A stretch of 63,983 nucleotides of DNA, counting the filler, from Hydrolagus affinis (taxonomy: Eukaryota): NCBI GenBank assembly GCA_012026655.1. It is 4 parts of 4 records of this genome, joined end to end, with 100 filler letters (N's around TTAATTAATTAA, not from the genome) between each part and the next. Parts side by side here need not be neighbours in the genome. Positions count along the whole stretch, not along the records: positions 24,300 to 39,651 come from JAAILG010018074.1; positions 39,752 to 53,689 come from JAAILG010019833.1; 2 more parts are not named here. One strand, written 5' to 3'. How positions within the stretch are numbered: the stretch's first letter is position 1; every line of letters starts with the position of its first letter. The translations under genes and the position numbers were made by a program. Of the stretch, positions 38,016 to 50,470 are shown one piece after another. The notes beneath the pieces were generated by a model. It made no database searches. It was not told where the DNA came from and saw only the letters and a list, made by a program, of their open reading frames with translations.

Positions 38016-38394
38016 CCTGCACATCTACATTGCAGAGAACATAAAGGAAAACATTTATGGAAAAATTTTACATTGTTGCGTATTAATTGTGCTATAATTT
38101 TATGGAACAACTATACCACCCTTCTGCAGAGTCCCACAAGCAGTCTCGGATTGATGGACTAACATTTTTCAACCACGAATATTAATCACTCGATAAGCAA
38201 TTATCAACTAACAAATGTTGTCCATCTTATTGCAAGTTAGTACTGCTTGAATGATGGATAGTTGCTCAAAACTTTACCCTGCTGGTAATCAAAGCAGGGT
38301 ATTCTCGCTTCCGAGGCGAATGTTCTAAGCATAAATCTGAGGTTGACTGAAATTGACTGTTGTTTCTGGATTCATTGAGCGTTAATATTGACTA

Positions 38395-38433
38395 GGTTTT
38401 TGTACAGGCAAGGCGTTGACTTGCAGCACTGTG
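38395..38433 (-). other. 23-RSS of V10 (perfect consensus)
   Basis: Minus strand CACAGTG + 23 nt + ACAAAAACC. Confidence 0.96.
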
Positions 38434-39345
38434 CTACTTGTTCTTAAACCACAATAATATGTGGCAGCGTCTGTGATAGTGAGGCTGGTTATGCTTAATG
38501 TGGTTTGTTTCTGACTCTTGTCAAGCTGTGAAGAAAAATGTCCTTTTGCAAAATCTGCAGAGTAGCTACGTTCATAAATATCTCTGTATAGAATGTATTG
38601 GGGAGGGTGTCCTCGGTAATGTCTGTACCAGTACAGAGCGGCAAAGGGCGAGCAGGTGGTATATGAGCAGCTAAGACTCGCCGTGTCTCCCTCTTGTTTG
38701 CTCAGCCTGGGAAACTGCTGTCTGATTGAATCTTCCAGCAGCACATCTGCAAACAGATAAAACGATCAGCGTCAAACTTTGTGCAATTATTGTACTGATA
38801 GACCACTAAGCTCAGACATGAGAAGGTTAATGGATAGGACAAACCATTCGGTTAGTTAACATGGTCAGCACATACATACGAGTTAACTGAGGAATAAGGA
38901 GGTACCAATCGTTTGTTCATTGCCGGATCGCCTTTGTGGAGACAGTAGCAATCTAAAATTACGGAAGTGCTCGCTCAATCCATTTCTGCTTTTGGGATAC
39001 TGGGCACAAAATATAAATCCTCCAAAAAAAGCACAATTATAAAATTGATCATTTCAATCCACGACTGTTTCTGGGGACGCTGCTGTGCGCAATTGGCTGC
39101 CATGTTTCGCCCATAAACGTACAGTCAATTCACTTGACAGTATATGCTGTGAAGCGCTATGAATGGTTGATAAAACGTGAAAATCGCAATATCAAATGGA
39201 AGGTTTATGATTATTATTGATGCCGGAACATTCAATAATCTTCAGAAGAAACAGGCGATATTTGCTTATCCATATGTATTGTATGGTACACAGCCTTACC
39301 TGATATAAAGCTCAATAAAAGAAGCGAAGCGATGAAAAGTCCCAT
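38434..39345 (-). CDS. Inverted TCR delta/alpha-type V segment V10 (family E) with extra CDR1 Cys, intact
   Basis: Leader 39345-39300 (MGLFIASLLLLSFIS, gtaagg donor). V exon 38746-38434: DVLLEDSIRQ...LSCSYTTCSPFAALYWYRHY...AATYYCGLRTS. Confidence 0.93.
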
Positions 39346-39529
39346 TGTCGCTCCTCAGGAGACTAGCTTTGCAGCTCAGTTTTATTATACAAATTTTACG
39401 TCGGCGATGAGGTGTTTCAGCATCACTTCCGTGACAGAAAAGCATTGCTTCATGACACAAGCCCTCCCTGTGACCTTGTGGTCAGGACGGTGTTGATCTG
39501 TTCATGTTCGATGACTTCAACAAAAGTGT

Positions 39530-39625
39530 GTGAGTGGGTGAGTGAGTGAGTGGGTGGGTGAGTGGGTGAGTGGGTGAGAGGGTGAGTGGGTGAGTGGGTG
39601 AGTGGGTGAGTGGGTGAGTAAGTGA
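39530..39625 (+). repeat. (GAGTGGGT)n simple repeat at contig end
   Basis: Direct read. Confidence 0.9.
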
Positions 39626-39651
39626 GCCAGCTATGCCAGGAGGGATAAATG

Positions 39652-39751
39652 NNNNNNNNNNNNNNNNNNNNNNNNNNNNNNNNNNNNNNNNNNNNTTAAT
39701 TAATTAANNNNNNNNNNNNNNNNNNNNNNNNNNNNNNNNNNNNNNNNNNNN
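39652..39751. other. Assembly gap (N44-TTAATTAATTAA-N44)
   Basis: Fixed 100-nt spacer. Confidence 0.98.
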
Positions 39752-39927
39752 CAAACTGGGCAGCAAATTTGTACGAAGTTTTGCCTCCAAAATATACAGT
39801 CAATTCACTTTACAGTATACTCTGTGAAGCACATTTCGAAGACCTGAAAAGGTGCTATATCAGATGCAAGTATTATTATTAAACTACTAATTTAAATAAA
39901 TTAAGATTAATCTGTATTCTTTGACAG

Positions 39928-41472
39928 GTTTACAACAAAAGATCAAGACACAAGAGGAAAAGGTAAAAAAGACTGAGAAAGAGAAAAATTACATGGATGA
40001 AACTATTGACAGTCTTAGAAAAGAGCTGAGTAAGACAGAATTAACAAGAAAAGAGCTCAGCATTAAGGTAAATAACATTTATTTGTAATTTTACTTCTTT
40101 TTTAGCACTTTGGAACGTTCTCTCGACATGAAAGATACAAATGTTATTCTGTATTTAATCGAGTTTTCACACCTAGCGGGAATTTTGTTTCCTTTAATTC
40201 TGCACTCACCAATCTAGTTTCCGGGTTTGTTCTCAGTTGCACATAAATTTTCTTTTGAAAAGATTGTGTGTACAGTAAAACCTCGATAATCTGACATTCC
40301 GAAAGCCGGTAACTCCCTAAAACTGGCAAGATTTAAAAATACATACAGCATTATTTTTTTCCAATGTCTGGCAAATCTTCCGAGGTTCGGAACAGCTGCT
40401 TGCAGTTCACACTGGCGCTGCTCTGTCGTCTGGCGCTGGGGGTGGAGCTCAAGCATTGTTTGGTTTCTAAATACCGGCAAACTCTGAAATCCGGTAGATG
40501 AATGGGCCCATTGTCGAGGTTTTACTGTGCTATAAATGGTATGGGTATGGACAACTCGCATATGCCACATCTGTAAAAATTGCTTAAGTTATGCATCTGC
40601 CCAAGTCCTGTTGAATTTCCTATTAAATGCAATTAAATTTATCTGGACTGGTTAATATGCTAGAAAGTAGTGTCCGGCGATGTATCAATATATCGGTTAT
40701 ATCGATATAATTTTTCATATCGATATGCCGATATTGGAAATTTGAATGCGCGTGCACCCCCTAAATGCACGCGCACCACCGAATACGCGAGTACCTCCGA
40801 ATGCGTGCGCATGCGCAGAATAAAATTCCACCTCCCTAAGCCAGTCAGGAACCTTGGTCTTGTTCGATCCTCAACTGTCCTTTCTCCCCCACATCCGCGC
40901 CATGACCGCTCTGCCTTCCCTCACCTCCGCATCATTGCCCGACTCCGCCACTACCTCACCCCTCGGGCCGCTGAAACTCTCATTCAAGCCTTCATCACGT
41001 CCAAGCTTGACTTTGCCAGCACCCTGCTTGTCAGCCTTCCCACCTCCTCCCTCCATTGGCTGCAGAACTCTGCAGCCCAGGTCCTCTCACGGACCAAGCT
41101 CCAGGACCCTTTCTTCCCCATTTTCGTCCAACCCCATTGGCTGTCCAGTACCTTGAGACGTCCTGCCGATGTGAAAGGCGCTAAACAAGTGTAATTTTGT
41201 TGTTGTTACTAGCCCTGGGGCCTCACTTTGTTCTCTGCCGACCTCAAACGGAACACCACGCATGTGCACCCATATATGTTTATTCTGTCTGTACCCCACA
41301 GGTTTCGTCCTTAGAGGTACAGAAATCACAGTTGGAGGGACGTTTGAATGAAAAGGAAACTCTTCTTAAAGTTCAAGAAGAGGAACTCGGCAAGCACTCG
41401 CACATGATAGCAATGATTCACAATCTGAGTGGTGGCAAAGTACCATCAAATGCTGTAAATATCAACCTGTAG
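39928..41472 (+). CDS. CIP2A: CIP2A (KIAA1524), last two coding exons
   Basis: Exons 39928-40067 and 41302-41472 splice in frame: ...[18 protein letters not shown]|[56 protein letters not shown]. This closely matches the human CIP2A C-terminus as I recall it (SSLEVQKAQLEGRLEEKE...[16 protein letters not shown]). Confidence 0.9.
40273..40527. mobile_element. Tigger/pogo-like MITE (255 bp)
   Basis: 14-bp terminal inverted repeat CAGTAAAACCTCGA...TCGAGGTTTTACTG with a TA on the left flank. Confidence 0.75.
40840..41210 (+). mobile_element. L2-type LINE RT fragment and tail
   Basis: [12 protein letters not shown]...[27 protein letters not shown]. Confidence 0.8.
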
Positions 41473-42636
41473 CCTTTGCTTTTTATGATGTTTTAATCTA
41501 ATTATTCATAGAAATAGAATTGATTTTGCCTCTCTTGCAGTAAGCTGACCGAATACACTTTTTCCTCTGGGATTTATTCTACATATTTATTCTCAGTCAA
41601 ATATTTGTAGTTAGTTCCTTAATGCTCTCATGAGAAAAATCGCCTCCTAATTTATCAGTAAACATATAGATCAGGAGAGAGATTCATTCAAATTTTTGGC
41701 TGTGCTTTTATTTTGATCAGTCAGGTGTCTGACAAATATGCAAACCCATCACCATGCTTAAGAGTATCCCACAAACACATAGATTCCAGAGATAGATTGT
41801 TGGACTGGACTGCATTTCTATTTCCCCCACAATCAATTTGGCGGTCTCTAAAAAACAATCTATGACCCGTCTCGGCAGTTCTGTGGACTTGGACTAACAA
41901 AAGACCAGGATGGACAGTCCCACCTCATTTTGCTAAGGAACCTCGCACTAGTCTTTGTTCTCTAAAATTCCTATTCTGGTCACCAAAATATTTTAATATA
42001 ACTGATGAATTACTGTGTAACAGCTACATTTTAAAAAAAAATAAAGATTATTTTGCACTATCTGTAGCGATGTATTTATACTTGGAAGTTGAGTTTTTCA
42101 TTAGAAGCACAGCGCTACAGCAGAGAACATTGGCAATTTGGCTTGTGCAAATTCATCTGGAGTTTAATTCATTAATCAGTTAGATCTGAATGGAAGTTTA
42201 TTTACAAAATCAGTAGATTAAAATCATCAGATTTATTGCAAATACAAAACCAAAATGCATGTTAAGGCATGATACAAAATAAAAATACATAAAACCATAA
42301 TATTATATACTCTGTACAGGTACTGTAAATTATTTTAATCTTCTTTGCTGCAAATGTTTCTATAAAGTGCTAATTGTTTAATTTAGTCATGTCCTTTATT
42401 TATTACTATTGAAAAACTATCAGAATTAAATTACATTATTATCACAAAAAGCAATTATTTTTGCAGTTAAGCGAAAGGGGTCTAGAGGGGGTAGTTGTGT
42501 GATTGCAATACAGATGAGAAATCTTTGAGATTTAATCCTTGATCATTGTTGAATTAGTTGATCTTAACCATGGGAATGAATAGTTGCTATAATCGGCCCC
42601 TGCGTTATGAAGGGAAAGTTAGCTAGTTTTCTTAAA

Positions 42637-42938
42637 ATAATCCTTGCATTTGATATAGCGCTTTTCACATCTTATTGACGTCTCAAAGCTTCACAGAATA
42701 TACTGTAAAGTGAATTGACTGTATATTTGTGGGCAAAACACAGCAGCCAATTGCGCACAGCAGCGTCCCCACAAACAGTCGTGGATTGAAGTGACCAATT
42801 TTATGATTGTTTTTTTTTGGAGGGATTATTATTAGGCATGTGGAGTAAAGAAACTTGCCCAAGGTTTCGCCCTGACCTACCTGGATTCGAACACAGCTTG
42901 CAAGGCGAGTGCTCTAACCACTGAGCTACAGGAGCTCC
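42637..42938 (-). mobile_element. Near full-length tRNA(Ala-like)-derived SINE
   Basis: Minus-strand head GGAGCTCCTGTAGCTCAGTGGTTAGAGCACTCGCCTTGCAAG...GTTCGAATCC, with core and (ATT)n tail. Confidence 0.85.
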
Positions 42939-43566
42939 GTGGTTTCACCTGATGGACACTCATTGGTCCTTGTTGGTTGGTGTATGTGTGGAAAAGGATT
43001 TGTGCCAACTGTAATGCTCCCACAAAGATCATATAGTTTGGTGCTATTTAGGAATAATAGCAAGCTATGGGAGGCAGCATATTTAATTGCCAGATTCTGG
43101 CATATTCAAGGCGAGCAATTCAAGTTGGAGTTAGAAACACATAAAAGATGTAATTTGGGAATAATTGGACTTCACCAATGGAATCGGGTAATATCGGTTT
43201 GGTTGAATCTTACTGTTTTAGTGTAACGTAATGAAATAATAAATTGTGTGTATTAAAAGTATTAACCTGTGAATTGTGTATGACATTAAACAATTTGTAA
43301 TCCACACCACCTGTATTGGGTAAAGTCTCTTTCTGGCGAACCTTACAGTATTCTGTAAGGGGTAATTCTGTTGGAGATCAACTAGCTTGATATTGTATAG
43401 CAATCTGGTAGGTTTTCTGCTGCTTATTAGGCTTAATAATAATAATCCTTGAATTTGATATAACGCTTTTCACATCTTCTAGATGTTTAATTAATTAAGA
43501 ATTTGGGGCTTGCGGGGTTTACAGAAGCTAAATGGATATTTGGCAACAACAACAACTTTGATTTAT

Positions 43567-46500
43567 TTAGCGCCGGACAGTCTTACAATAATGGATCACG
43601 ACAACAGCAAATGATAGCGCAAATGCAAGTACAATAGCAGCAATAAATGCAGAGTGATTCCTCTGTTGGATTTCTTCAGGTAACGTTTCTGAAACAGAAG
43701 AATATTCATTTTTTTTAGACCTTTATCAAGTTGAAATGCCTCAAAGTGATTCACAGTTAATTACTGTTGAAGTGTAGTGACAAAAGCTGACCTTCAACAG
43801 CCAAAGTACGTTTTGATCAACTGTAAACAAATGCTGAATAGACATGCACGTTTAAAACTGAACAGTTAATGATCCAAAAAACAAGTCGCTGCGAACACTC
43901 AGCAGGTCAGGCAGCATCTATAGTGAAAGGAAAGTGAGTCATCGTTTCAGGTCCACGACCCTTCGTCAGAACTGGCATGTTGGGGGAGAGAGATTTTTAA
44001 GGACTAAAAGAGATGGGGGGGGAGGCAGGGCAAGGAAGACACATGGGGTGGAGGGCAGGAGATGATGGGTTAAATAGGTGTTAGTGTTGTAAAACGGGTG
44101 ATTGCAACAAAACTGGAGAGAAGAGGTGTTAATAGCGTTAAAACAAAACGGGGGAGAAATTGCCAAAGAACAGGCGGATCAGATGGTCGCAGAAGAGGGG
44201 GAAGGTGAGCTGTAATGGCCTGAAATGATTGAAATCAATACTGAGGCCAGAGGTCTGTGAGGTCCCTCGCAGATAGATAAGGTGCTATACCTCAAGCTTG
44301 CGCTGCTGCTGATTGGAACAGCGCAGGAGAACGCAGGTGAGTGGATCAGACCGCGAGTGGGAAGGAGAGTTGAAACAGCACGAAGCCGGTAGGTCAGGGT
44401 TGTACTTGCGGAAGTGCTAACAATGAGCGTCTTGTTCGTTTAAAAAAAAGTAGTGCTTTGCAATTCAAGTTGCAAACATTAGTACTGTAATTACAAACAA
44501 CATTTTAAAACATGCACAAAATAAGGGGAAAGTTACAGTCACACACGGCTGAATTGTTATTAATCGGCCAGATACGGAGTCACTGGCATCTCAGTTATTG
44601 ACAGTGAATGCCGTCAGACTGGTCTGATTGGAAATGTGACATATTCAGAGGTAGACGTTTGTGGCAGGAAATCTTACCGCACCCAACTCAACAAGCAATC
44701 CAGCAATGTCAAAAATCTGAGCATTGAAACAAAACCTGTTCACGTTACGGCAAAAGGTGATTGAACTACTAAAATTTAAGGTACTTTTGCACACAGCGCT
44801 TGTCGTCCGTAACTACCAACAACCTGAATAGGGAGATAATCCTATTATGAAACGCCTCAAACAATCGATTGTTCAGACCACACCTGGAGTACTGCATACA
44901 ATTCTGGTCGCCAGGAAACGGCAACAAGCAAAATGACATTGATAGAGCGTCTCTTTCACATCGGCAGGAAGTCCCAAGGCGCTGAACAGTCAGGGGTCGG
45001 GGGGAGCACGGGGGAGGGGCAGGAGAGGTGGGAGGGGAGGGAGAGAGAGGTGGGAGGGTGACAGAAGGCCGAGAGGTAGCGTAGAGGAGAGCAATGGGAA
45101 TGGTCCCCAGTCTTAGGGGATTGAGCTTTGAGCACGGATTTGACAAGCTAGGGACTCTTCAATCATGAAAGGAGGCATCTCAGAGGAGACCTCAGTACTG
45201 TATGTAACATTAGGAGTATAGAAGTTCTGTACGTAACATTTTAAATGCGATTGAAAAACGAAACCTGTTTGCGATATCAATACTTCAGAAAGCAGCAAGA
45301 TGATAGAACGAGAGTATACACAACAACAACAACAACAAAATTACACTTGTATAGCCCCTTTCAAGTCATGGATAATAATAATAATAATCCTTGCATTTGA
45401 TATAGCGCTTTTCACATTTTATCAACGTCTCAAAGCGCTTCACAGAAGATGTCCCAAGGTGCAGGACAGTCATTGTTTCAGACCAGAGGGTCAGGGATGG
45501 GGAGGTTGGTGGGAAAGTGGAGGGGGGTGGGGGGGGGGTTTGGGGTGACGATGGGACAGTCGAAGAGGAGGGTCTTAAGGTGGGACTTGAAGGAGTCCAG
45601 GGGTGGGTGGTGAGGTGGAGGGACTGCGAGATGGAGTTCCAGAGGTTGGGAGGAGAGTGGCTGAAGGCTCGGACGTAAATGGTGGGGCAGGTGGGTCGGG
45701 GGATGTGGAGCAAGCTGAGCGGAGGGGGCGGGCAGGTTTTGGTAGGAGGTTAGGAGGTCGCAGAGGGAGGGTGGGGCAAGGCCATGGAAGGCTTTTTAAT
45801 TTCATACTCCCATCTACACAATTTACTAGTTTATATCCAAGTTTTTGCCATATATACGAATGACTTGGATAAAGGAATAGAAAGGTTTATATCCAAGTTT
45901 GCAGACAACACCAAGCCTTGTAGATTTTTTTTTCAAACATACTTTTTGCTCCTCCTATTACTTTCTTTGTATCCCTTTCTTGCCTTTTTGTAGTACAGGA
46001 CTCCCAGTCCTCTGCATTTCCCACTTTACCTTGCGTTTTTTTTTACCAAGACGACAGAACTGATCCAAGCAGAGAGCGACAGTATAATCAATTGTAAAAA
46101 TGATGGACAACTTACCTAGTATCAGAATGTTGGTGAATAGTTTTGTGAAACTCTTGGATTTGATTTCACACGTGTATTCTCCTGAATTTTCTACAGTGAC
46201 TTCGAGCAAATCAAGGAATGCATTCCATTCACTTTCTATTGTCGCCCGTTCGTTCCGACACTTTGCATTCCCTACCCTATCTTGGCCCGGCCAGCTGCAG
46301 ACGATTTCTGACGACGAGTTCTCTGTGTTCTTAAATCTCCACGCGATTGTCAAGTTCGAAGAATCAGCATCAGAATAAACGTGGTGAAGAGTGACGCTTT
46401 GCCCAACTTTTCCATCCTGTGTGCCTTCCCAACAGAAGAGGAATATTTAATACGTAGCAAAGTTGTTACATTGCATCACGCGAAACGGGATTTATATGCT

Positions 46501-48211
46501 TTCCCGAGTCTGGCGGTAGCCGAATATCATCAGTGATAATTATCACATCACGAGTCTCAGAGCTCGTCTTCCAATTAGATGTGGTGTTTCTCAACAGACT
46601 ACAGCCAGTACGGTTAATGAGACGTTTGAAAAGCATTCACAATAAATGATAACAACATATCAGCAAAACATATAGCAGTCAATAGCACTGGACTTTGAGT
46701 TAAGAGGTTCTGGGTTTAAATCAATTCACCCTTTTTCAAAATTTTGCAGATATCCTACAGTATAAAATATTTTGTCAACCAATTGAATTACAACTATATA
46801 TATATAATAATCCTTGCATTTGATACAGCGCTTTTCACATCTGATCGACGTCTCAAAGCGCTTCACCGAATATACTGTAAAGTGAATTGACTGTATATTT
46901 GTGGGAGAAACTATGAAACATTAAAAGCATTGTTTGGCCCAACAAGTCCAATAACTCCAATGAGTCTGTGCTGGTGCTGATAGTCCACATGATCCTGATA
47001 CCCCTTTTGATACTTCTCCAATAATTTTTTATTCCCTCTCTCTCAAGACTGTACGCAGTGAACCTGGATTTTTTTTACAAATAAGCATTAAGGAGTTAGA
47101 AGAAAATAACATGTTGTTTTTTCTAATCAACTCCCACGCAAATCCCAATACAGTGGCAGTTTTTTTTTTTTTACACACTTGAAAACAACCCTGAATGAAT
47201 ATTAAGTAAGTCAATACCTTGCATCTTCCAGGATCCAGTCCACAACTGATTTAGGAGATCGTTCTTAATATTGCATTTGTAGGTTTGATTTAATGCTGGG
47301 TTAATATTCAAATAGCTTTGAACCATAAAACGTCCATCTGTATCATTAGATATGTCGATGTATGAGCTGAAACTCTTCTCGTTCTTACTGTCGTTGGTTA
47401 CTATCTGCCATGACAGTATAGGCTTTGGATATCCCCCAGATCCTGAACAGTTAAGACGTACAGGCATAGTCTCAACAGAGAGCATATTCGGTGGGGTCAG
47501 CATCAAATTGCGATATTCCGCTGAAAGAAAATAATACAATTTTCATCTTGCGTGGGTATAATTGAGATACATTAGAATCTATCCATTGTCTTGGCCAACA
47601 ATCTCCCAAATGAAAGTGATCATTCACTCTAGCTCTGTTGGTGAGACATTGGCATGCGCAAATTGGCTGCCACATTTGCCCACATGAACACTCTACGTAC
47701 GCAGTGAAACATTTTAAGACATCCTCCTATATGGGAGAGATCCTATGCAAAATGCACTCGTTATTCATATTTGCCTGCACTCCTACTCCGGTAACATGCG
47801 GATGCAACCAAACCGGGATACGCAAGGTAGTATCAATGGTGCAATTTAAGTTCCCAAAGCTTTACTTCAGTATTCAATCGCATGCATTCTCACCTCCTAC
47901 TTTGAGGAAAACCTGGCTTTCGAATTTTCCAACTGGTGTGCTAACGTAACATTTGTATTCTCCTTCGTCGTTAATGTTAAGTCTTGAAAGAAGAAGGGAT
48001 CCATTGCCACCGGTGATTTCACTAGTGAACAGCTTGGTTCTTCCTCGGTAGGGTTGTTCTTGGTTGCCAAATTGATCTCTGCGTTGATAAAAGCTGTGGA
48101 CAACACTGTTCTTTCCCCGAGTCCAGTGAAGTATTATGTTGTCCAGCTTAGTCGGGGGAAATCCACAAGGTAGAACAATATCTTTGGAAATAACAGCAAC
48201 AATGTCGCCAA
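43567..48211 (-). CDS. HHLA2: B7-family IgV-IgC-IgV-TM protein, HHLA2 (B7-H7)-like; leader exon not located
   Basis: Phase-1 exons 48211-47894 (IgV: LPCGF...HWTR...VVHSFYQRRDQFGNQEQPYRGRTKLF...DEGEYKCYV), 47520-47218 (IgC: LNCSGSGGYPKPILSW...YKCNI), 46424-46116 (IgV) and 43688-43587/43567 (TM: AFIAAIVLAFALSFAVVVI). V-C-V architecture and convergence with CIP2A as in human 3q13. Confidence 0.8.
43880..44420 (-). mobile_element. Penelope-like element 3' fragment
   Basis: Minus strand LRCSNQQQRKLEV*HLIYLRGTSQTSGLSIDFNHF (endonuclease C-terminus), plus the ctcagcaggtcaggcagcatc terminus also seen at ~52950-53050. Confidence 0.65.
45390..45790 (-). mobile_element. L2-type LINE 3' fragment
   Basis: Minus strand RAFSHSPPNLWNSI...; tail at ~45390-45450. 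Confidence 0.7.
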
Positions 48212-48419
48212 CTGAAATAAATCAAGTCACACAAATTAACTCATAATAATAATAATAATCCTTGCATTTGATATGGCGCTTTTCACATCTTCTAGACGTC
48301 TCAAAGCGCTTCACGGAATGTACTGTAAAGTGAATTGACTGTACATTGGTGGGCGAAACTTCGGGAGCACACAGCAGTGTCCCACAGACAGCCGTGGATT
48401 GAAATGACCAATTTATTAT

Positions 48420-49690
48420 CGTATAGGAATACCGCACGAGACGGTGCGGGGGCTGGAAGAGAAACTGTTGGCGGAGACAAACTGGAGGCGGTGTGAGAGT
48501 TGAGACCTCAACCAGTCAAGCACAGGACCTTGAAGCTTGAGATGAGAGGAGAGGAGAGGCGCTGGAGGAGGATTGAGTGGTCCTGTTGTCGAAAGCAGCA
48601 TCGAGGAAAGATGAGGAGCCCTGGTCACAAATGGACAGGATCTCGTTTGTGACCTTGACCAGAGCAGTTTCCATGTTGTGAGATTGGAGGGCCTCGTGTG
48701 GAGGGAGTGGGAGGAAAGAGCAATGTATGGAAGCAACAACTGTTTCAAGGACCTTGGAAAGTAAAGGGAGGTTGGAGATGGGCCGGGTACTGAAAAACGG
48801 GGGATGTGTTCTGGGAAGGTTTCTTCAGGATGGGGGTGATTGTAGCTGTTGAGAGGGGAACGGGAAAGGTGCCAGATGACAAGGAGGGATTGATGATGTC
48901 GGAGAGTAGAGGGATGAGGAGGTGGAGCTCGGAGGTAAGGAGAGGGGTGGGATTGAGTCAAGGGAGTAAGTGATGAGCTTCATGGTTGATATGGTGGTGA
49001 AGACAGAGGAGTGGGAGACAGGTTTGAAAATGTGGAAGGAGGAATAGGTCGGGGTCGGAATGTGGGTGGGGGAGGTCTGCCAATTGGGAGCGCAGAGGCA
49101 GCTGAACGGATTCCCTCGATTTTGGAGTCGAGGAAATCCAGCATCTCCTCACGGTCAGAATTTGAGGAGAGAATAGGCGCACCTGACCCTTGGGAGAATG
49201 GAGGTGGCTGGTGAACTAGGGTGAGGTTCATGATTAGGAGGCAGTTCGGGAGGTGAGGGGGATAAGGGAATCGAGGATAGTGCAGGAGGTACTATGGAGG
49301 ATAGTGAGTGAGTGAGGAGGATAAGTCAGTGCGGGTGGTAGGCCAGAGGGGGTGGTAGACCAGAGGGGATGATTCCAGGGCTGCAGAGAGGAATTGTGGG
49401 GAGAATATCTTCTAGAGGCAGTAGAGGATGGAGGTGGGTTTGGTGGCGGTGGAGGAGAGGGATCGAGGAGTTGAAGACTATTAAGTTGTGGTCGGAGATG
49501 GCCTCATCGGTGGTGGTGATATCGGTGATGAGGACAATTTTGCGGAAAGATATTGGAGGGAAGGCAGAGGGTAAGGTGCTCGAATGAGTCAAATGAGCCA
49601 GAGGGGTTAGGGGGATAGAACGAGTGGCGCTCTGGAGATGAAGGCCACACCACCGCCACGGCAGACGGCACAATGGATAGTTAAACACAA
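48420..49690 (-). mobile_element. Decayed L2-type LINE ORF2 (endonuclease and RT fragments)
   Basis: Minus-strand fragments TTDEAISDHNLIVF, DFLDSKIEGIRS and GPVLDWLRSQLSHRLQFVSANSFSS.PRTVSCGIP, with frameshifts. Confidence 0.8.
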
Positions 49691-50189
49691 ATGTTGGGGA
49701 CCTGTGCGTTTACTCCATGAGGCTATCACTTTCATCTTTCTCATCTAGTTCCTGGTGTTTCATTATTATCTTAAGAGTTAACCAACCCTAGAAACGCTCG
49801 CCAAAACTTACACCGGGTGAAAGGTTGCACTCACCCGAACTTGAAATTCGCAAGAAAACGCAGATGGAAAATATATGATGGAACATTTCTCGGGTTCCTC
49901 CAGTTCACAATGTGTAGAGTCCGAATTCTAAAAGTGAAACAAAAAAAATAATGGTTCGGCTGAAATCCAACAGAAGAATGGAGATGTTTCAAAATACTCG
50001 ATGTGTTTGGCTTACACCTTATCAGCTGACTCCCAGAATATATTAGCTCTGCACAATGATTGGCATGAGAATCTGCAATGTTTTATCCGAGCCAAGTAAA
50101 ATGGAGCTTCAGGAAACTGAACACAAACTCAACCCTCGACAATGGAAGTTCCCTCAACATTGATCATTTAGCTCAAAATCCTCACAGCC

Positions 50190-50470
50190 TTCCGACTAAC
50201 AACAACAACACGATTACAGATGGACGTCCCAAGGCTCTGAACAGCGGGGGTGGGGAAGGGGCTGGGGGGAGCTGGGGGGGGAGGGGTGGGGAGGGTTCGG
50301 GATAGGGGGAAGGAGAGTAGGAAAGGGGGGAGAGTTAGGATGGGAGCAGAAGGCGCGGTCGAAGAGGAAGGTCTTGAGACCGGCCTTGAAGGAGGATAGG
50401 GAGGAAGCGAGGCGAAGGGATTGCGGGATGGAGTTCCAGACTAAGAGGCGAGAGCGCAATCGACCCATCC
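50190..50470 (-). mobile_element. L2-type LINE 3' end
   Basis: LLVWNSIPQSLRLASSLSSFKAGLKTFLFDRAF plus tail. Confidence 0.8.

Noticed and set aside
38750-39650. NAR-TCR J segment upstream of V10 (which would make it a leaderless supporting V)
   Set aside because: No 12-RSS or FGxG motif was found, and a normal leader exon is present at 39345-39300.
48416-49688. Long Pro/Ser/His-rich ORFs as host genes
   Set aside because: They are frame-shifted L2 LINE remnants.
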